Below are positions 19,843-28,254 of a stretch of 29,386 nucleotides of DNA, in pieces. Source of the DNA: a virus; UHGV virus genome UHGV-0074812; one strand, given 5' to 3'. Position 1 is the first letter of the stretch, and every line of letters starts with the position of its first letter. The position numbers and the translations under genes are program-made. Under the pieces are notes generated by a model, which was not told the DNA's origin, made no database searches, and saw only the letters and a list, made by a program, of their open reading frames with translations.

Positions 19843-20331
19843 CTACGCTACATGTTTAATTTTCTCTACACGTTTCCGGTTTTTAAACGCACTATCCAGA
19901 ACCGGGTAAATCATAAACAACGAGGCATTGAGGATTTCGTCAACTTCCCGACGACAGGTTGCGAGCGATGGTTTTTGAATGCGCCCGCCGCCCCGGCATA
20001 ACATCTTGCGAGGTCTTGCGACGCGATGATAGTAAGATGCAATGGCGTGCTTGGAAGAGCCGTGGGCGTAGTAGCTGAGGAGGATGCCAAAGGCTTTCTT
20101 GTCAATGTACATGACGGAATCGACGACCTGAGAAATCAACATTCCATCATCATCATTACACATTGGCCTTGTCATAACTCTTCCCGGCTCTACGCTCTCC
20201 ATGAATTTCGCTATTACGCTGCTCATGCGCTTTTCCAGGCGGCCTGAATAAACCCATGCGCCCCACAGTTCAAGCCAGCCATTCAGCCAATCGTGCTGTT
20301 CTTTGGTGAGGTTTAGTTCTCTTATGCTCAT
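19843..20331 (-). CDS. Q: Late-gene antiterminator Q-like protein (162 aa, short Q21-type candidate)
   Basis: Position between ninH and the late promoter/lysis cassette; size matches the short Q family; Cys/His-containing segments. Assignment by synteny and size, not by a remembered alignment. Confidence 0.55.
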   Translation of the reverse strand: MSIRELNLTKEQHDWLNGWLELWGAWVYSGRLEKRMSSVIAKFMESVEPGRVMTRPMCNDDDGMLISQVVDSVMYIDKKAFGILLSYYAHGSSKHAIASYYHRVARPRKMLCRGGGRIQKPSLATCRREVDEILNASLFMIYPVLDSAFKNRKRVEKIKHVA

Positions 20332-20516
20332 CGCCTTCCCTTTTTTCCTGGCGTTACCATCAGGACGCCGTTAACTATTACATGACGCTCGCCTTTGCTG
20401 TCTCGGTTGTACTTGAGCACTGTTCCTCTTGCGCAGGAAAGCATCCTCGCCACTTCGGTCTGATTGCCTCGTGTCTGGATAAGAAGCTCTAGTATCGTTT
20501 GAATTGTGGCGTTCAT
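20328..20516 (-). CDS. ninH: NinH (62 aa, HTH)
   Basis: ...GNQTEVARMLSCARGTVLKYNRDSKGERHVIVNGVLMV closely parallels lambda NinH (...GNQTEVARRLKCSRGTVRKY...). Confidence 0.8.
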   Translation of the reverse strand: MNATIQTILELLIQTRGNQTEVARMLSCARGTVLKYNRDSKGERHVIVNGVLMVTPGKKGRR

Positions 20517-20875
20517 ACGTTCTCCAGTTCGGTGATTTTTATTCCAAGCCTTCCGCCTGGTACTTTCACGCCACGAATTACGCGAATGTCATCGAATTGC
20601 TCGTCGTCTTCCGCAAATCCGGCGTGGATAAGGGAGTCGAGTAAACCTTTAAGAATGTTGTCGAGGTCGCGGCGGCGGGAGTCTGGAACGTCTGCGATGA
20701 CTTTGATTCGTAGTCGTGATTTGGTGAAAATGTCTAACTTGAGTTGGCGGATGATTTGCTGAACGTCTTTTCGGTATTTCTGGCCTTTATCGCTGATGTA
20801 GTATTGGCTTCCCCGTCTTCGCCAGTAGGTGTTCACCGACGGCGGGTATGGAAGCACAAACTGATATTCGTTCAT
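20513..20875 (-). CDS. rusA: Holliday-junction resolvase RusA (120 aa)
   Basis: MNEYQFVLPYPPSVNTYWRRRG...DVPDSRRRDLDNILKGLLDSL matches RusA signature (...PDRRRRDLDN...). Confidence 0.85.
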   Translation of the reverse strand: MNEYQFVLPYPPSVNTYWRRRGSQYYISDKGQKYRKDVQQIIRQLKLDIFTKSRLRIKVIADVPDSRRRDLDNILKGLLDSLIHAGFAEDDEQFDDIRVIRGVKVPGGRLGIKITELENV

Positions 20876-21162
20876 GACTTAATCTTCCCCTCCTTCAGCA
20901 GTATCGCCTGCGTCCTGATCACGCCTTCGAGGTGGTAAAGTCTGGCGTCTTTGTTGTCGAGATTATAGGTGCGTCGGTCGATTTCATCGTGACACGCGCT
21001 ACAAGCCCATGCGCCGATCAGGTCGTCAGGCTTCATTCCCGTTCCGCAAATTCCAGCCATCCGGTAATGTGCCAGAACTGTAGTTTCAGGATTGCCATTG
21101 CATACGCCGTAAATACGTACCTGGCATTCTCTGCCGCGTGCTTCTTTGCGTAGATTAGCCAT
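20872..21162 (-). CDS. YbcO-like nin-region protein (DUF1364-type Cys-rich putative nuclease, 96 aa)
   Basis: Cys-rich 96-aa protein directly upstream of rusA, as ybcO is in DLP12-type nin regions. Confidence 0.6.
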   Translation of the reverse strand: MANLRKEARGRECQVRIYGVCNGNPETTVLAHYRMAGICGTGMKPDDLIGAWACSACHDEIDRRTYNLDNKDARLYHLEGVIRTQAILLKEGKIKS

Positions 21163-21884
21163 TAAGCAGCCTCCCCTGTTACTTTCAGCATTCCGTTATC
21201 GAGCAGCTTTCTGGTCAGCCACTGTTGACCACGCCCGGTGATTTTTGTGGTGAACGATATCTGTATTCCGTGATTTGTGTTGACCGCTGTTTCTTTCACT
21301 GTGAAATAGCCGCGATCCATATATTCCTGCATTGGCACATTGCGCCGGGAACCTGAAGCAATAAGGATTTTGTGATCGCGCATCCACGCAAACAGTTTGT
21401 TTGGACCAATTCCAACAACCTTTGCAAAGTTTCCAATCAAAATTCCGCTGGCCTCGCCAACGCGATCGGCAAACTCAACTTTAGGTGCGGCAATTGCGAG
21501 CTGGTTTTCCAGTTGCATTTTCTTCTCAGCAAGATCAGCAGCAAGGCGCAACGCTTCCGGTAGCGTTTTGGGGATATTAACCGTAGTTTCTTCAAGCTCT
21601 CGCCAACGATCAACAAGACGAGCGGTGAATTCCGGCGACAACTGGGCTACAACGACAATACTGTCTCGCTTACCTTGTTCGCCCTCAAAAACGTAAGCCT
21701 CTACGCCACGAAGTAATCCTAAGTTATTGATTTTTTCGAAAACCACCATTGGGGGATTTCGGATCACACCTCGAGCCGCCAGTCGTTCAATAGATTGTTT
21801 CACCTTGTCATGACGACTTCCCACCAACTCAGCGATTTCAATGCTTGTCATTTTGATGGCATTGCCATTTATTAACTCATTCAT
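21162..21884 (-). CDS. Rha-family regulator / antirepressor with C-terminal ANT (KilAC) domain (240 aa)
   Basis: N-terminus MTSIEIAELVGSRHDKVKQSIERL typical of phage Rha domain; C-terminal half resembles ANT/KilAC domain. Confidence 0.7.
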   Translation of the reverse strand: MNELINGNAIKMTSIEIAELVGSRHDKVKQSIERLAARGVIRNPPMVVFEKINNLGLLRGVEAYVFEGEQGKRDSIVVVAQLSPEFTARLVDRWRELEETTVNIPKTLPEALRLAADLAEKKMQLENQLAIAAPKVEFADRVGEASGILIGNFAKVVGIGPNKLFAWMRDHKILIASGSRRNVPMQEYMDRGYFTVKETAVNTNHGIQISFTTKITGRGQQWLTRKLLDNGMLKVTGEAA

Positions 21885-22053
21885 CGTCTTCTTCCTCGTA
21901 CATTGAGCTATTCGGATCGCTCATCAGTTCTGCGCAGCAGTGCTCACACACGTGAACTTCCAGCACATGCAGCTTCTGACCGCAGTTAGCGCACGTTAAA
22001 GCCCGCTCGACGCTTTCTTTCTGGTATTGAATGGATTGGGATGGACTAAGCAT
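21877..22053 (-). CDS. ninF: NinF (58 aa, Cys-rich)
   Basis: From internal Met: MLSPSQSIQYQKESVERALTCANCGQKLHVLEVHVCEHCCAELMSDPNSSM... matches lambda NinF; ORF track start at 22110 is an upstream extension. Confidence 0.8.
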   Translation of the reverse strand: MLSPSQSIQYQKESVERALTCANCGQKLHVLEVHVCEHCCAELMSDPNSSMYEEEDDE

Positions 22054-22447
22054 GGCTTTCACCATTAAAAAGTCGCTTGTAAGCATCAATATCTCGTTTT
22101 GCTTCACCAAGCTTTCGTCTTAATTCCATGTTTTCTGATTCAAGCTTTTCCATGTCTTGTTGGTATCGATCGCTGTGTTCTTTCCATGCTTTTCGATACG
22201 CCTTCATGTATGTCGTTTCGGCCTTTCTCTTTGCCTGACGAACAGCGTGATGGTTTTCTACAAACCACTCAGGGTCGTTAAATGCTGCTCTGGCGCATGT
22301 ATACCAATAATTTGTTGCCTCCCTGTTTAGCCAATAAATACTGATAAATGGCAACCGGATAGACACCATTTTTCGTTGAGACTCTTTCTCGCCGAACATG
22401 TGCCCTTTTTTGATGCTAAGGCCAAATCCAGGTTGAATTAAAAGCAT
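22046..22447 (-). CDS. Hypothetical ~133-aa protein between ninE and ninF
   Basis: ORF with AGGA RBS 8 nt upstream of ATG at 22447 (MLLIQPGF...); C-terminal coiled-coil-like region; not part of canonical lambda nin set. Confidence 0.5.
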   Translation of the reverse strand: MLLIQPGFGLSIKKGHMFGEKESQRKMVSIRLPFISIYWLNREATNYWYTCARAAFNDPEWFVENHHAVRQAKRKAETTYMKAYRKAWKEHSDRYQQDMEKLESENMELRRKLGEAKRDIDAYKRLFNGESHA

Positions 22448-22449
22448 TG

Positions 22450-22626
22450 TCATTTCCTCGCACGATGTCTTAGCCACCGGATATCCCACAGGTGAGCCGT
22501 GTAGTTGAAGGTTTTTACGTCAGATTCTTTTGGGATTGGCTTGCGTTTATTTCTGGAGCGTTTCGTTGGAAGGTATTTGCAGTTTTCGCAGATGATATCG
22601 GTGAAACTTCGTCGCTGTCGCCTCAT
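22450..22626 (-). CDS. ninE: NinE (58 aa)
   Basis: [58 protein letters not shown] matches lambda NinE. Confidence 0.85.
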   Translation of the reverse strand: MRRQRRSFTDIICENCKYLPTKRSRNKRKPIPKESDVKTFNYTAHLWDIRWLRHRARK

Positions 22627-23063
22627 GCCGCCCTGTCTCCCCATCTCGCTTTCCACTCCAGAGCCAGTCGCGCTTCGTCTGACCACTTAACGCCACGTTC
22701 TGTACCGAATGCCTGTATAAGCTCTAATAGCTCCGCAAATTCGCCTACCCGCATCCTGCTGGTTGACTGGCCTATTACCACAAAGCCATTCCCGGCAAGG
22801 TTAGGAACAACATCCTGCTGCTTTAATGCTGCGGTAAACACACACTTCCAGCTTTCTGCATCCAGCCAGCGACCATGCCATTCAACCTGACGCGAGACGT
22901 CACCTAAGCAGGCCCATAGCTTTCTGTTTTGGTCTAAGCTGCGGTTGCGTTCCTGAATGGTTACTACGATTGGCTTGGTTGGGTCTGGAAGGATTTGCTG
23001 TACTGCGTGAATAGCGTTTTGCTGATGTGCTGGAGATCGAATTTCAAAGGTTAGCTTTTTCAT
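22623..23063 (-). CDS. ninB: NinB (recombination mediator, 146 aa)
   Basis: [50 protein letters not shown]... matches lambda NinB; G-rich RBS upstream of ATG at 23063. Confidence 0.85.
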   Translation of the reverse strand: MKKLTFEIRSPAHQQNAIHAVQQILPDPTKPIVVTIQERNRSLDQNRKLWACLGDVSRQVEWHGRWLDAESWKCVFTAALKQQDVVPNLAGNGFVVIGQSTSRMRVGEFAELLELIQAFGTERGVKWSDEARLALEWKARWGDRAA

Positions 23064-23079
23064 GACTTCCCTCTCCCCC

Positions 23080-23111
23080 AAATAAAAAGGCCTGCGATTA
23101 CCAGCAGGCCT
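23080..23111 (-). terminator. tR2-like intrinsic terminator between helicase gene and nin region
   Basis: Stem aggcctgc / gcaggcct (23088-23111) followed on the minus-strand transcript by UUUUAUUU; position equivalent to lambda tR2. Confidence 0.6.
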
Positions 23112-23136
23112 GTTATTAGCTCAGTGATGTAGATGG

Positions 23137-25530
23137 TCATACGTCAGCCCCTTGCGCATATCGTCTGCCACGCGCAGCAGGTGCATTTGATGCTGTGCAA
23201 ATCAGTCTGGCTTCATCCTGGTCACATGCAACAAAGTGTCCGTTGCAGAACCGCTGGTAAACCGTACCAAGTGAGCCAAAACGGTTTTTCGTCACGATGA
23301 TTTCAGCAAATGGCGCGGCGCTACTGTTCTCGTCATATACCGCTTCCCGATAGAGCATGATGATTGAGTCTGCGTCCTGCTCAATGCTTCCTGAATCACG
23401 CAAATCTGCGTTTGTCGGGCGTTTGTTTGGTCGCTTCTCAACATCGCGCGAAAGCTGACTCAGGGAGATAACAGGCGTTTTCAGGTCTTTCGCCATCGCC
23501 TTAAGGCTTCCTGAGATGTGAGCAATTGCGAGGTCGTTGCGGTCTGCTTTCGGCTTCTCAATCAGGCCAAGATAATCCGCCATGATGAGTGACAGGTTTG
23601 GATTTTCCTGTTTGTGCCGTTCTGCGATTGAGCGTATTTCTTCGACCGATAACCGCGAGGCATCGACTACCCATACATCCAAATCTGCAAGCTGACTCAT
23701 GCCGTTAGCAACACGCGCCCAGCCTTCGTCATCCATCGATGCAGGATTTCGCAGTACGCTAACCGACATCCTCCCGGCGTTGGCAATGCTTCGCTCTGCA
23801 ATCTGCAATGCGCTCATTTCCATTGAGAAAATCAATACCCCGCGCCGGACGTCAGAACCAGGAATAACGCGGCTTGCAACGCCTTCGGCAATCTTCAGCG
23901 CCAGTTCCGTATTGTGCGTAACGATGTAATCCGTTGTCACATAGAGATGGCTAGGATGGCTTACCATGATGCAGAGACACTCTTCTGGCTCAACAACTTC
24001 AACCGATTTGATACCCACACCAAGGTCGCCAAGCCTGTTAATCCCGAGATTTTTGCGTAAACGTGGTGAGTGAATTTGCTCTATCAAAGATGATGGCAAC
24101 TTCATGCTGACCATGTGTGCATCAAGTCCGTCATGCTTCTCTCCTTTGTACGTGTAAACTATTCCCGTCCTGCTGGATTCTTTGGCGGTTCCACCTAAAG
24201 ATCTAACAAGCCTTACTAATCCTTTAGCTAATTTCTGACTGGATGAACTAAAGCGGATGCATCCGGACTTCTCAACCCAGCCATCTGTCTCGAGAAGGCC
24301 AGTTAAAACACCGGTACGTATTTCTTTGCTAGCACTAAAAATTTCTGCTGGGATTTCCTTCTCGGACGCACCTTTCCCGATCATCCCAATGCCACGTAGT
24401 TTGTCCAATAGTGGGTTCTTCTGGCCTTTTTGGTTGCTTATCAAATAATCATTCTCTCCTACCTTAACCAGTCGCAGTGGTGCAATTGCATCACTCATGC
24501 GGCTCAGGACATATTCTTCCGAGTTGGTGAATTTGATGCCTTTTATCAACGAACCGTCACCAAGTAGAGCCCCAATAACCCAACCATCAAGGGGAATATT
24601 TTTACCAAAGTCTCCGGTCAAGGATGGCACTCTTATTCTTCCCTGATAACGTGTTTTTTGTAGCATCCCAGCCAGCGCATCAGTATCAACAACGCGCTTA
24701 CCAGTAAATCTTGATGATGAAATTTCCCATAAGTGGTTGTCGGCACATTTCACGCTACGTCCGTCTTCAAAGGTGACTAAATATGTGAATTTCTTCCCTT
24801 GCGGGAAGACGCCAATTACCTCCGAAGGAAGCCCGTCTATTGACGCGATGCGATCGCCAATTTTGACTTCTCCGTGAGTAGTCCAGGTGCCATCTGCAAG
24901 TAAAATCCCTTCGCTTAGCGCCATTGCTTTCCCCATACCAGGACGAGCAGCGATAATCACCAGGTCTTCCGCGTTCATCCCTCCGGTGATGGCGTCAAGT
25001 TCTTCGATTCCGGTCTTCAGGGTATCTGACTCTTCTCCGTTCCTCAGACGCCTGTCAAGCGTGTCAGTGTAGTCAGTTATGATTTCCCCTAACCGTACAG
25101 GTTTAACCTCGTCACGGGGCTTTCTGATGGCTGAAAGACGTTTTACCAGTTCATCCATCGCCTGACTCGATGCGTCGATGGTTCCGCTCTGAATTGGTTC
25201 ACGCATTTCATCCATGATTTCCAGCACCAGACGGCGGTGATAGTTATCCGCGACCATTCCGGCATATCCCTTCAGGTTTGCGGCGCTCGGGCAGTTTTTG
25301 CTGGTCATCAGGATTGACGTGAAATGCTCCTCTCCGCACGCCTCGGCAACCATCAACGCGTCGATTAGGTTTCTGTTTCGCGCCTGCTTCCGGATAACTT
25401 CGAAGGCTTTCCGGTAGAGCGGAATTGAAAACGCTTCCGGCTCAAGCGTTGCCAGAACGTCACTGGCGGTTGGAGTTAATCCACCAATCAGCAGGCCACC
25501 GATAACGCTCGCTTCGATATCCTGTCTCAT
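23137..25530 (-). CDS. Replicative DnaB-family helicase interrupted by an in-frame intein (797-aa precursor; predicted mature helicase ~458 aa)
   Basis: DnaB N-terminal domain, P-loop ...[10 protein letters not shown] then ~339 aa of intein-like sequence, then [10 protein letters not shown]... and DnaB C-terminal motifs ([33 protein letters not shown]). Confidence 0.85.
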   Translation of the reverse strand: MRQDIEASVIGGLLIGGLTPTASDVLATLEPEAFSIPLYRKAFEVIRKQARNRNLIDALMVAEACGEEHFTSILMTSKNCPSAANLKGYAGMVADNYHRRLVLEIMDEMREPIQSGTIDASSQAMDELVKRLSAIRKPRDEVKPVRLGEIITDYTDTLDRRLRNGEESDTLKTGIEELDAITGGMNAEDLVIIAARPGMGKAMALSEGILLADGTWTTHGEVKIGDRIASIDGLPSEVIGVFPQGKKFTYLVTFEDGRSVKCADNHLWEISSSRFTGKRVVDTDALAGMLQKTRYQGRIRVPSLTGDFGKNIPLDGWVIGALLGDGSLIKGIKFTNSEEYVLSRMSDAIAPLRLVKVGENDYLISNQKGQKNPLLDKLRGIGMIGKGASEKEIPAEIFSASKEIRTGVLTGLLETDGWVEKSGCIRFSSSSQKLAKGLVRLVRSLGGTAKESSRTGIVYTYKGEKHDGLDAHMVSMKLPSSLIEQIHSPRLRKNLGINRLGDLGVGIKSVEVVEPEECLCIMVSHPSHLYVTTDYIVTHNTELALKIAEGVASRVIPGSDVRRGVLIFSMEMSALQIAERSIANAGRMSVSVLRNPASMDDEGWARVANGMSQLADLDVWVVDASRLSVEEIRSIAERHKQENPNLSLIMADYLGLIEKPKADRNDLAIAHISGSLKAMAKDLKTPVISLSQLSRDVEKRPNKRPTNADLRDSGSIEQDADSIIMLYREAVYDENSSAAPFAEIIVTKNRFGSLGTVYQRFCNGHFVACDQDEARLICTASNAPAARGRRYAQGADV
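23911..24927 (-). mobile_element. Intein with LAGLIDADG homing-endonuclease domain inserted in the helicase P-loop (residues ~202-540); candidate class 3 intein (Ala1, Trp in block B, Cys in block F, Thr-His-Asn at C-terminus, Thr +1)
   Basis: Block A-like [14 protein letters not shown]; block B ..KCADNHLW; two LAGLIDADG motifs ([11 protein letters not shown] and [11 protein letters not shown]); block F ..EECLCIMV..; block G ..YIVTHN followed by Thr; removing the segment restores a contiguous GMGK-T Walker A. Confidence 0.7.
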
Positions 25531-26474
25531 GCAATCCCCCTGTCTGCAAACTTCCCTTCCCGAACTCCCGTTAACGAGTCTTCCCTCAGCAGGTAATCAA
25601 AATCAGCCGTCCAGCCCGTGTCGTTGTCTCCGAAGTAAAACGGCTTGGCCTGATGCACAAACGCCCTGACATACGCTCTGAAACCGTCCACATTTGGCGT
25701 TTTCAGTTGCGGGATGATTTTCTTCAGGCGGCGTTTGCGTTTCTCGTTGACCGCAACAGCGTGTGGCAGTCTGTCACCGACTTCGGTGTTGTAGGCGTTC
25801 AGGAAGGATTCGTAGTCGATTCGTTCTGCCTTGCGACGTTCAGGTTTAACCTGCCCATCGCCTCCCCCATTGGGGGGTAGGGGGGTATTATTTATATTCT
25901 TGTTAATACCTTCTTGTTCATGATGTGCGGTTGTTTGTGCGGCTTCATGTGCGCTTTCATGTGTGGCATGTACGCTGAAAGCCGCGCCATTACTGGCTTC
26001 ATCATGTGCGGCATCATGTGCGGTTGTTTGTGCGGCTTCATGTGCGGGTGAATTGTCCATTTTTTGAGCGTATTCATGGTAATTTGTGATGGTGATCACA
26101 CGCCCTTTTTGCTTCTCTCCATCAATGGAAATCATCCCCTCTTTCACAAAAACCTGAAGCATCCGCTCAACCTGATCACGGCTTGCTGGCTTGCCATGCC
26201 TGTCGCATAACTGAAGACCTAAATCAGCTGCTGTCACAACCAGTTGACCGGGTTGCAGATGCCATTCATGACCTTTGAAATTCGCTTTGTATGGCTTTCT
26301 GGCGGCATTCAGGAGAAGGTTTTCCCACAGGGTGCGAAGATAAACATCTTTCGCCCATGACTGTTTCAGAATGCTCCGGTACAACGGAATGTAACCAGTT
26401 TTCTGGTTCTCCATCCTGTTGCTCCTGCGCTCGTGTGCGGCGCTGAAATCGTAGATTTTTGCTGTATTGCTCAT
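25527..26474 (-). CDS. Replication initiator, lambda O-like N-terminal domain (315 aa)
   Basis: [17 protein letters not shown]... parallels lambda O N-terminus (MTNTAKILNFGR...); contains repetitive His/Ala linker encoded by iteron-like DNA repeats; directly upstream of the helicase gene (ATGA overlap). Confidence 0.7.
   Translation of the reverse strand: MSNTAKIYDFSAAHERRSNRMENQKTGYIPLYRSILKQSWAKDVYLRTLWENLLLNAARKPYKANFKGHEWHLQPGQLVVTAADLGLQLCDRHGKPASRDQVERMLQVFVKEGMISIDGEKQKGRVITITNYHEYAQKMDNSPAHEAAQTTAHDAAHDEASNGAAFSVHATHESAHEAAQTTAHHEQEGINKNINNTPLPPNGGGDGQVKPERRKAERIDYESFLNAYNTEVGDRLPHAVAVNEKRKRRLKKIIPQLKTPNVDGFRAYVRAFVHQAKPFYFGDNDTGWTADFDYLLREDSLTGVREGKFADRGIA
25918..26047. repeat. Iteron-like direct repeats inside the O-like gene with adjacent AT-rich tract (candidate replication origin)
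   Basis: 31-bp perfect direct repeat atgtgcggttgtttgtgcggcttcatgtgcg at 25923-25953 and 26015-26045, plus at least 10 copies of the core (A)TGTGCGG; AT-rich stretch gtattatttatattcttgttaat at about 25885-25910 and G/C palindrome cccccattgggggg at 25864-25878. Confidence 0.55.
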
Positions 26475-26476
26475 AA

Positions 26477-26752
26477 CTACCTGCCTTGACGAAAGACCTT
26501 AAGAACATCGTTAAACTGACTTACGGATATGTCTTCTTTGAGAAGCTTTTCCAGAAATGCGTTTGGAATGAACGTATATCCCTCCTCTTTTGGTAGAGAC
26601 GGGAGCAACGCCCTCGCCTCAGCCTTCAGAAACTCAGTTCTGGCAACTTTCACAAAAGAGATTTGAGTTCTTTCATCAATGGAACGAAGGAAGCGCAAAC
26701 GCTTAGCTTCTTTGTGTGTATCAGGTGGATTAAAGCCTTTGTTTCGCATATA
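26477..26752 (-). CDS. Hypothetical ~91-aa protein between cII and the O-like gene
   Basis: Internal start MRNKGFNPPDTHKEAKRLRF... at 26752 with GAGG upstream; the longer 193-aa ORF in the track overlaps cII out of frame and is unlikely. No family recognised. Confidence 0.4.
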   Translation of the reverse strand, partial: YMRNKGFNPPDTHKEAKRLRFLRSIDERTQISFVKVARTEFLKAEARALLPSLPKEEGYTFIPNAFLEKLLKEDISVSQFNDVLKVFRQGR

Positions 26753-26771
26753 ATTACCTCGTTGGATGTTG

Positions 26772-27065
26772 TTAAAATTCCATTTGTATTTGATCAGAAC
26801 GCTCGGTTGCCGCCGGGCGTTTTTTATTGGTGAGAATCGAAGCAACTTGTCGTGCCAATCGAGCCATGTCGTCGTCGACGACACCCCATTCAAGAACAGC
26901 AAGCAGCATTGAGAACTTTGGAATCCAGTCCCTCTTCCACCTGCTGATCTGCGACTTATCAACTCCCACAGCTTCCGCTGTCTTCTCAGTTCCAAGCATT
27001 GCGATTTTGTTAAGCAACGCACTCTCGATTCGTAGAGCCTCGTTGCGTTTGTTTGCACGAACCAT
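26772..27065 (-). CDS. cII: CII transcriptional activator (lambda-type, 97 aa)
   Basis: MVRANKRNEALRIESALLNKIAMLGTEKTAEAVGVDKSQISRWKRDWIPKFSMLLAVLEWGVVDDDMARLARQVA.ILTNKKRPAATERS.QIQMEF is lambda CII nearly residue for residue as I remember it. Confidence 0.9.
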   Translation of the reverse strand: MVRANKRNEALRIESALLNKIAMLGTEKTAEAVGVDKSQISRWKRDWIPKFSMLLAVLEWGVVDDDMARLARQVASILTNKKRPAATERSDQIQMEF

Positions 27066-27124
27066 ATGTAAGTATTTCCTTAACAAATAAGAAGTTATGC
27101 GCATCAACTTATGCGCGTTGTATT

Positions 27125-27167
27125 CCCGCATTTCGGCGGGAATGAGGACCATGACTGTTAAAGAGCA
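27125..27167 (-). promoter_or_regulatory. nutR (boxA tgctctttaa and boxB hairpin cccgc-cgaaat-gcggg on minus-strand transcript)
   Basis: BoxA-like motif plus stem-loop between cro and cII; identical boxB sequence occurs in opposite orientation at nutL (28280-28295). Confidence 0.6.
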
Positions 27168-27173
27168 ATTTGC

Positions 27174-27359
27174 TTATGCCGCTTTGCGGTAAGCGCTTTC
27201 TTGATACTTCAGGGCGCCAGCTGTAACGACTTCCAGTCGATAGGCGTCTTTCTCTGGGATGACTTCCTTCCACTGAGAGACTGCTGCGTCGCTAATGCCT
27301 AACGCTTTAGCTACAGCACGCTGGGTTCCGAAGTGGTCGATAACATCTTTCTTGTACAT
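27174..27359 (-). CDS. cro: Cro repressor (P22-type, 61 aa)
   Basis: MYKKDVIDHFGTQRAVAKALGISDAAVSQWKEVIPEKDAYRLEVVTAGALKYQESAYRKAA matches P22 Cro as I remember it; divergent from c2. Confidence 0.9.
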   Translation of the reverse strand: MYKKDVIDHFGTQRAVAKALGISDAAVSQWKEVIPEKDAYRLEVVTAGALKYQESAYRKAA

Positions 27360-27439
27360 AGACTCGCTCCGAAATTAAAGAACACTTAAATTATCCACTA
27401 AAGGAATCTTAAGTCAAGTTTATTTAAGATGTCTTAACT
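27360..27439. promoter_or_regulatory. OR/PR/PRM region with P22-type operator palindromes
   Basis: TTAAG-containing palindromic sites, e.g. atttaagatgtcttaact (27422-27439), cttaagtcaagtttatttaag, cacttaaattatccactaaag; lies between divergent cro and c2. Confidence 0.65.
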
Positions 27440-28090
27440 ATGAAAACTCAATTGATGGGAGAGCGCATTCGCGCTCGGAGAAAAGAACTCAAGATCAGGC
27501 AGGCCGCACTTGGAAAGATGGTCGGCGTGTCTAATGTTGCCATATCTCAGTGGGAACGCTCTGAGACAGAGCCAAATGGAGAGAATCTTCTCGCCCTGGC
27601 TAATGCGTTGAAGTGTTCCCCTGACTATCTGATGAAAGGAGAGGAAAGTCTTTCAAACATTGCCTATCACAGTAGGCATGATCCAAGAGGGTCATACCCT
27701 CTGATTAGCTGGGTGAGCGCAGGATGCTGGATGGAAGCTGTAGAACCATATCATAAGCGTGCAATAGATAACTGGTACGATACAACCGTAGACTGTTCAG
27801 ACGATTCGTTTTGGTTGGACGTGAAGGGAGACTCAATGACGGCTCCGGCCGGTCTCAGTATCCCTGAAGGAATGATAATACTCGTCGATCCTGAAGTAGA
27901 GCCGCGTAACGGGAAACTGGTAGTTGCAAAGCTCGAAGGAGAAAACGAGGCAACTTTCAAGAAGTTAGTTATTGATGCAGGCAGGAAGTTTCTAAAACCA
28001 CTTAACCCACAATATCCGATGATCGAGATCAACGGGAACTGCAAAATCATCGGCGTAGTTGTCGATGCAAAACTAGCAAACCTTCCATAA
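27440..28090 (+). CDS. c2: C2 repressor (P22 c2 / lambda cI family, 216 aa, HTH plus LexA-like peptidase domain)
   Basis: MKTQLMGERIRARRKELKIRQAALGKMVGVSNVAISQWERSETEPNGENLLAL...DSMTAPAGLSIPEGMIILVDPEVEPRNGKLVVAKLEGENEATFKKL closely parallels P22 C2. Confidence 0.9.
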   Translation: MKTQLMGERIRARRKELKIRQAALGKMVGVSNVAISQWERSETEPNGENLLALANALKCSPDYLMKGEESLSNIAYHSRHDPRGSYPLISWVSAGCWMEAVEPYHKRAIDNWYDTTVDCSDDSFWLDVKGDSMTAPAGLSIPEGMIILVDPEVEPRNGKLVVAKLEGENEATFKKLVIDAGRKFLKPLNPQYPMIEINGNCKIIGVVVDAKLANLP

Positions 28091-28091
28091 G

Positions 28092-28112
28092 GGGGCATTC
28101 GCCCCTTTTTTT
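28092..28112 (+). terminator. Intrinsic terminator after c2 (ggggc-attc-gcccc plus T7)
   Basis: Perfect GC stem 28092-28105 followed by ttttttt. Confidence 0.7.
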
Positions 28113-28129
28113 ATTTCCTTTAAAAATCA

Positions 28130-28215
28130 AAGCCAAACTTAAGTTACGAAAGAAAATTTAAGTTTTCTTCAAAAATACTCTTGACCATTAATTAAAGAGA
28201 TCTTAAATTTAAGCC
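28130..28215 (+). promoter_or_regulatory. OL/PL region (operator palindromes and candidate PL -35 TTGACC / -10 TAAATT)
   Basis: Palindromes aacttaagtt (28136-28145) and cttaaatttaag (28202-28213); TTGACC at 28181-28186 with 17-nt spacer to TAAATT at 28204-28209. Confidence 0.5.
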
Positions 28216-28254
28216 ATCAGCAGGACGCTGGTAGCCAAACGGAACAGATTGGCA

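Noticed and set aside
21397-22890. Plus-strand ORFs in the nin region (21397..21696, 22492..22890, 22505..22690)
   Set aside because: Antisense to ninB/ninE/Rha-ANT, which match known proteins; Ser/Arg/Ala-rich wrong-frame translations.
25892-26077. Minus-strand 61-aa His/Met/Lys-rich ORF ([10 protein letters not shown]...)
   Set aside because: Alternative frame across the iteron repeats inside the O-like gene; repetitive translation is a by-product of the DNA repeats.
26266-27058. ORFs 26266..26508 and the long form of 26477..27058
   Set aside because: Overlap the O-like gene and cII respectively in other frames; only the short C-terminal part (26477..26752) of the second is plausibly coding.
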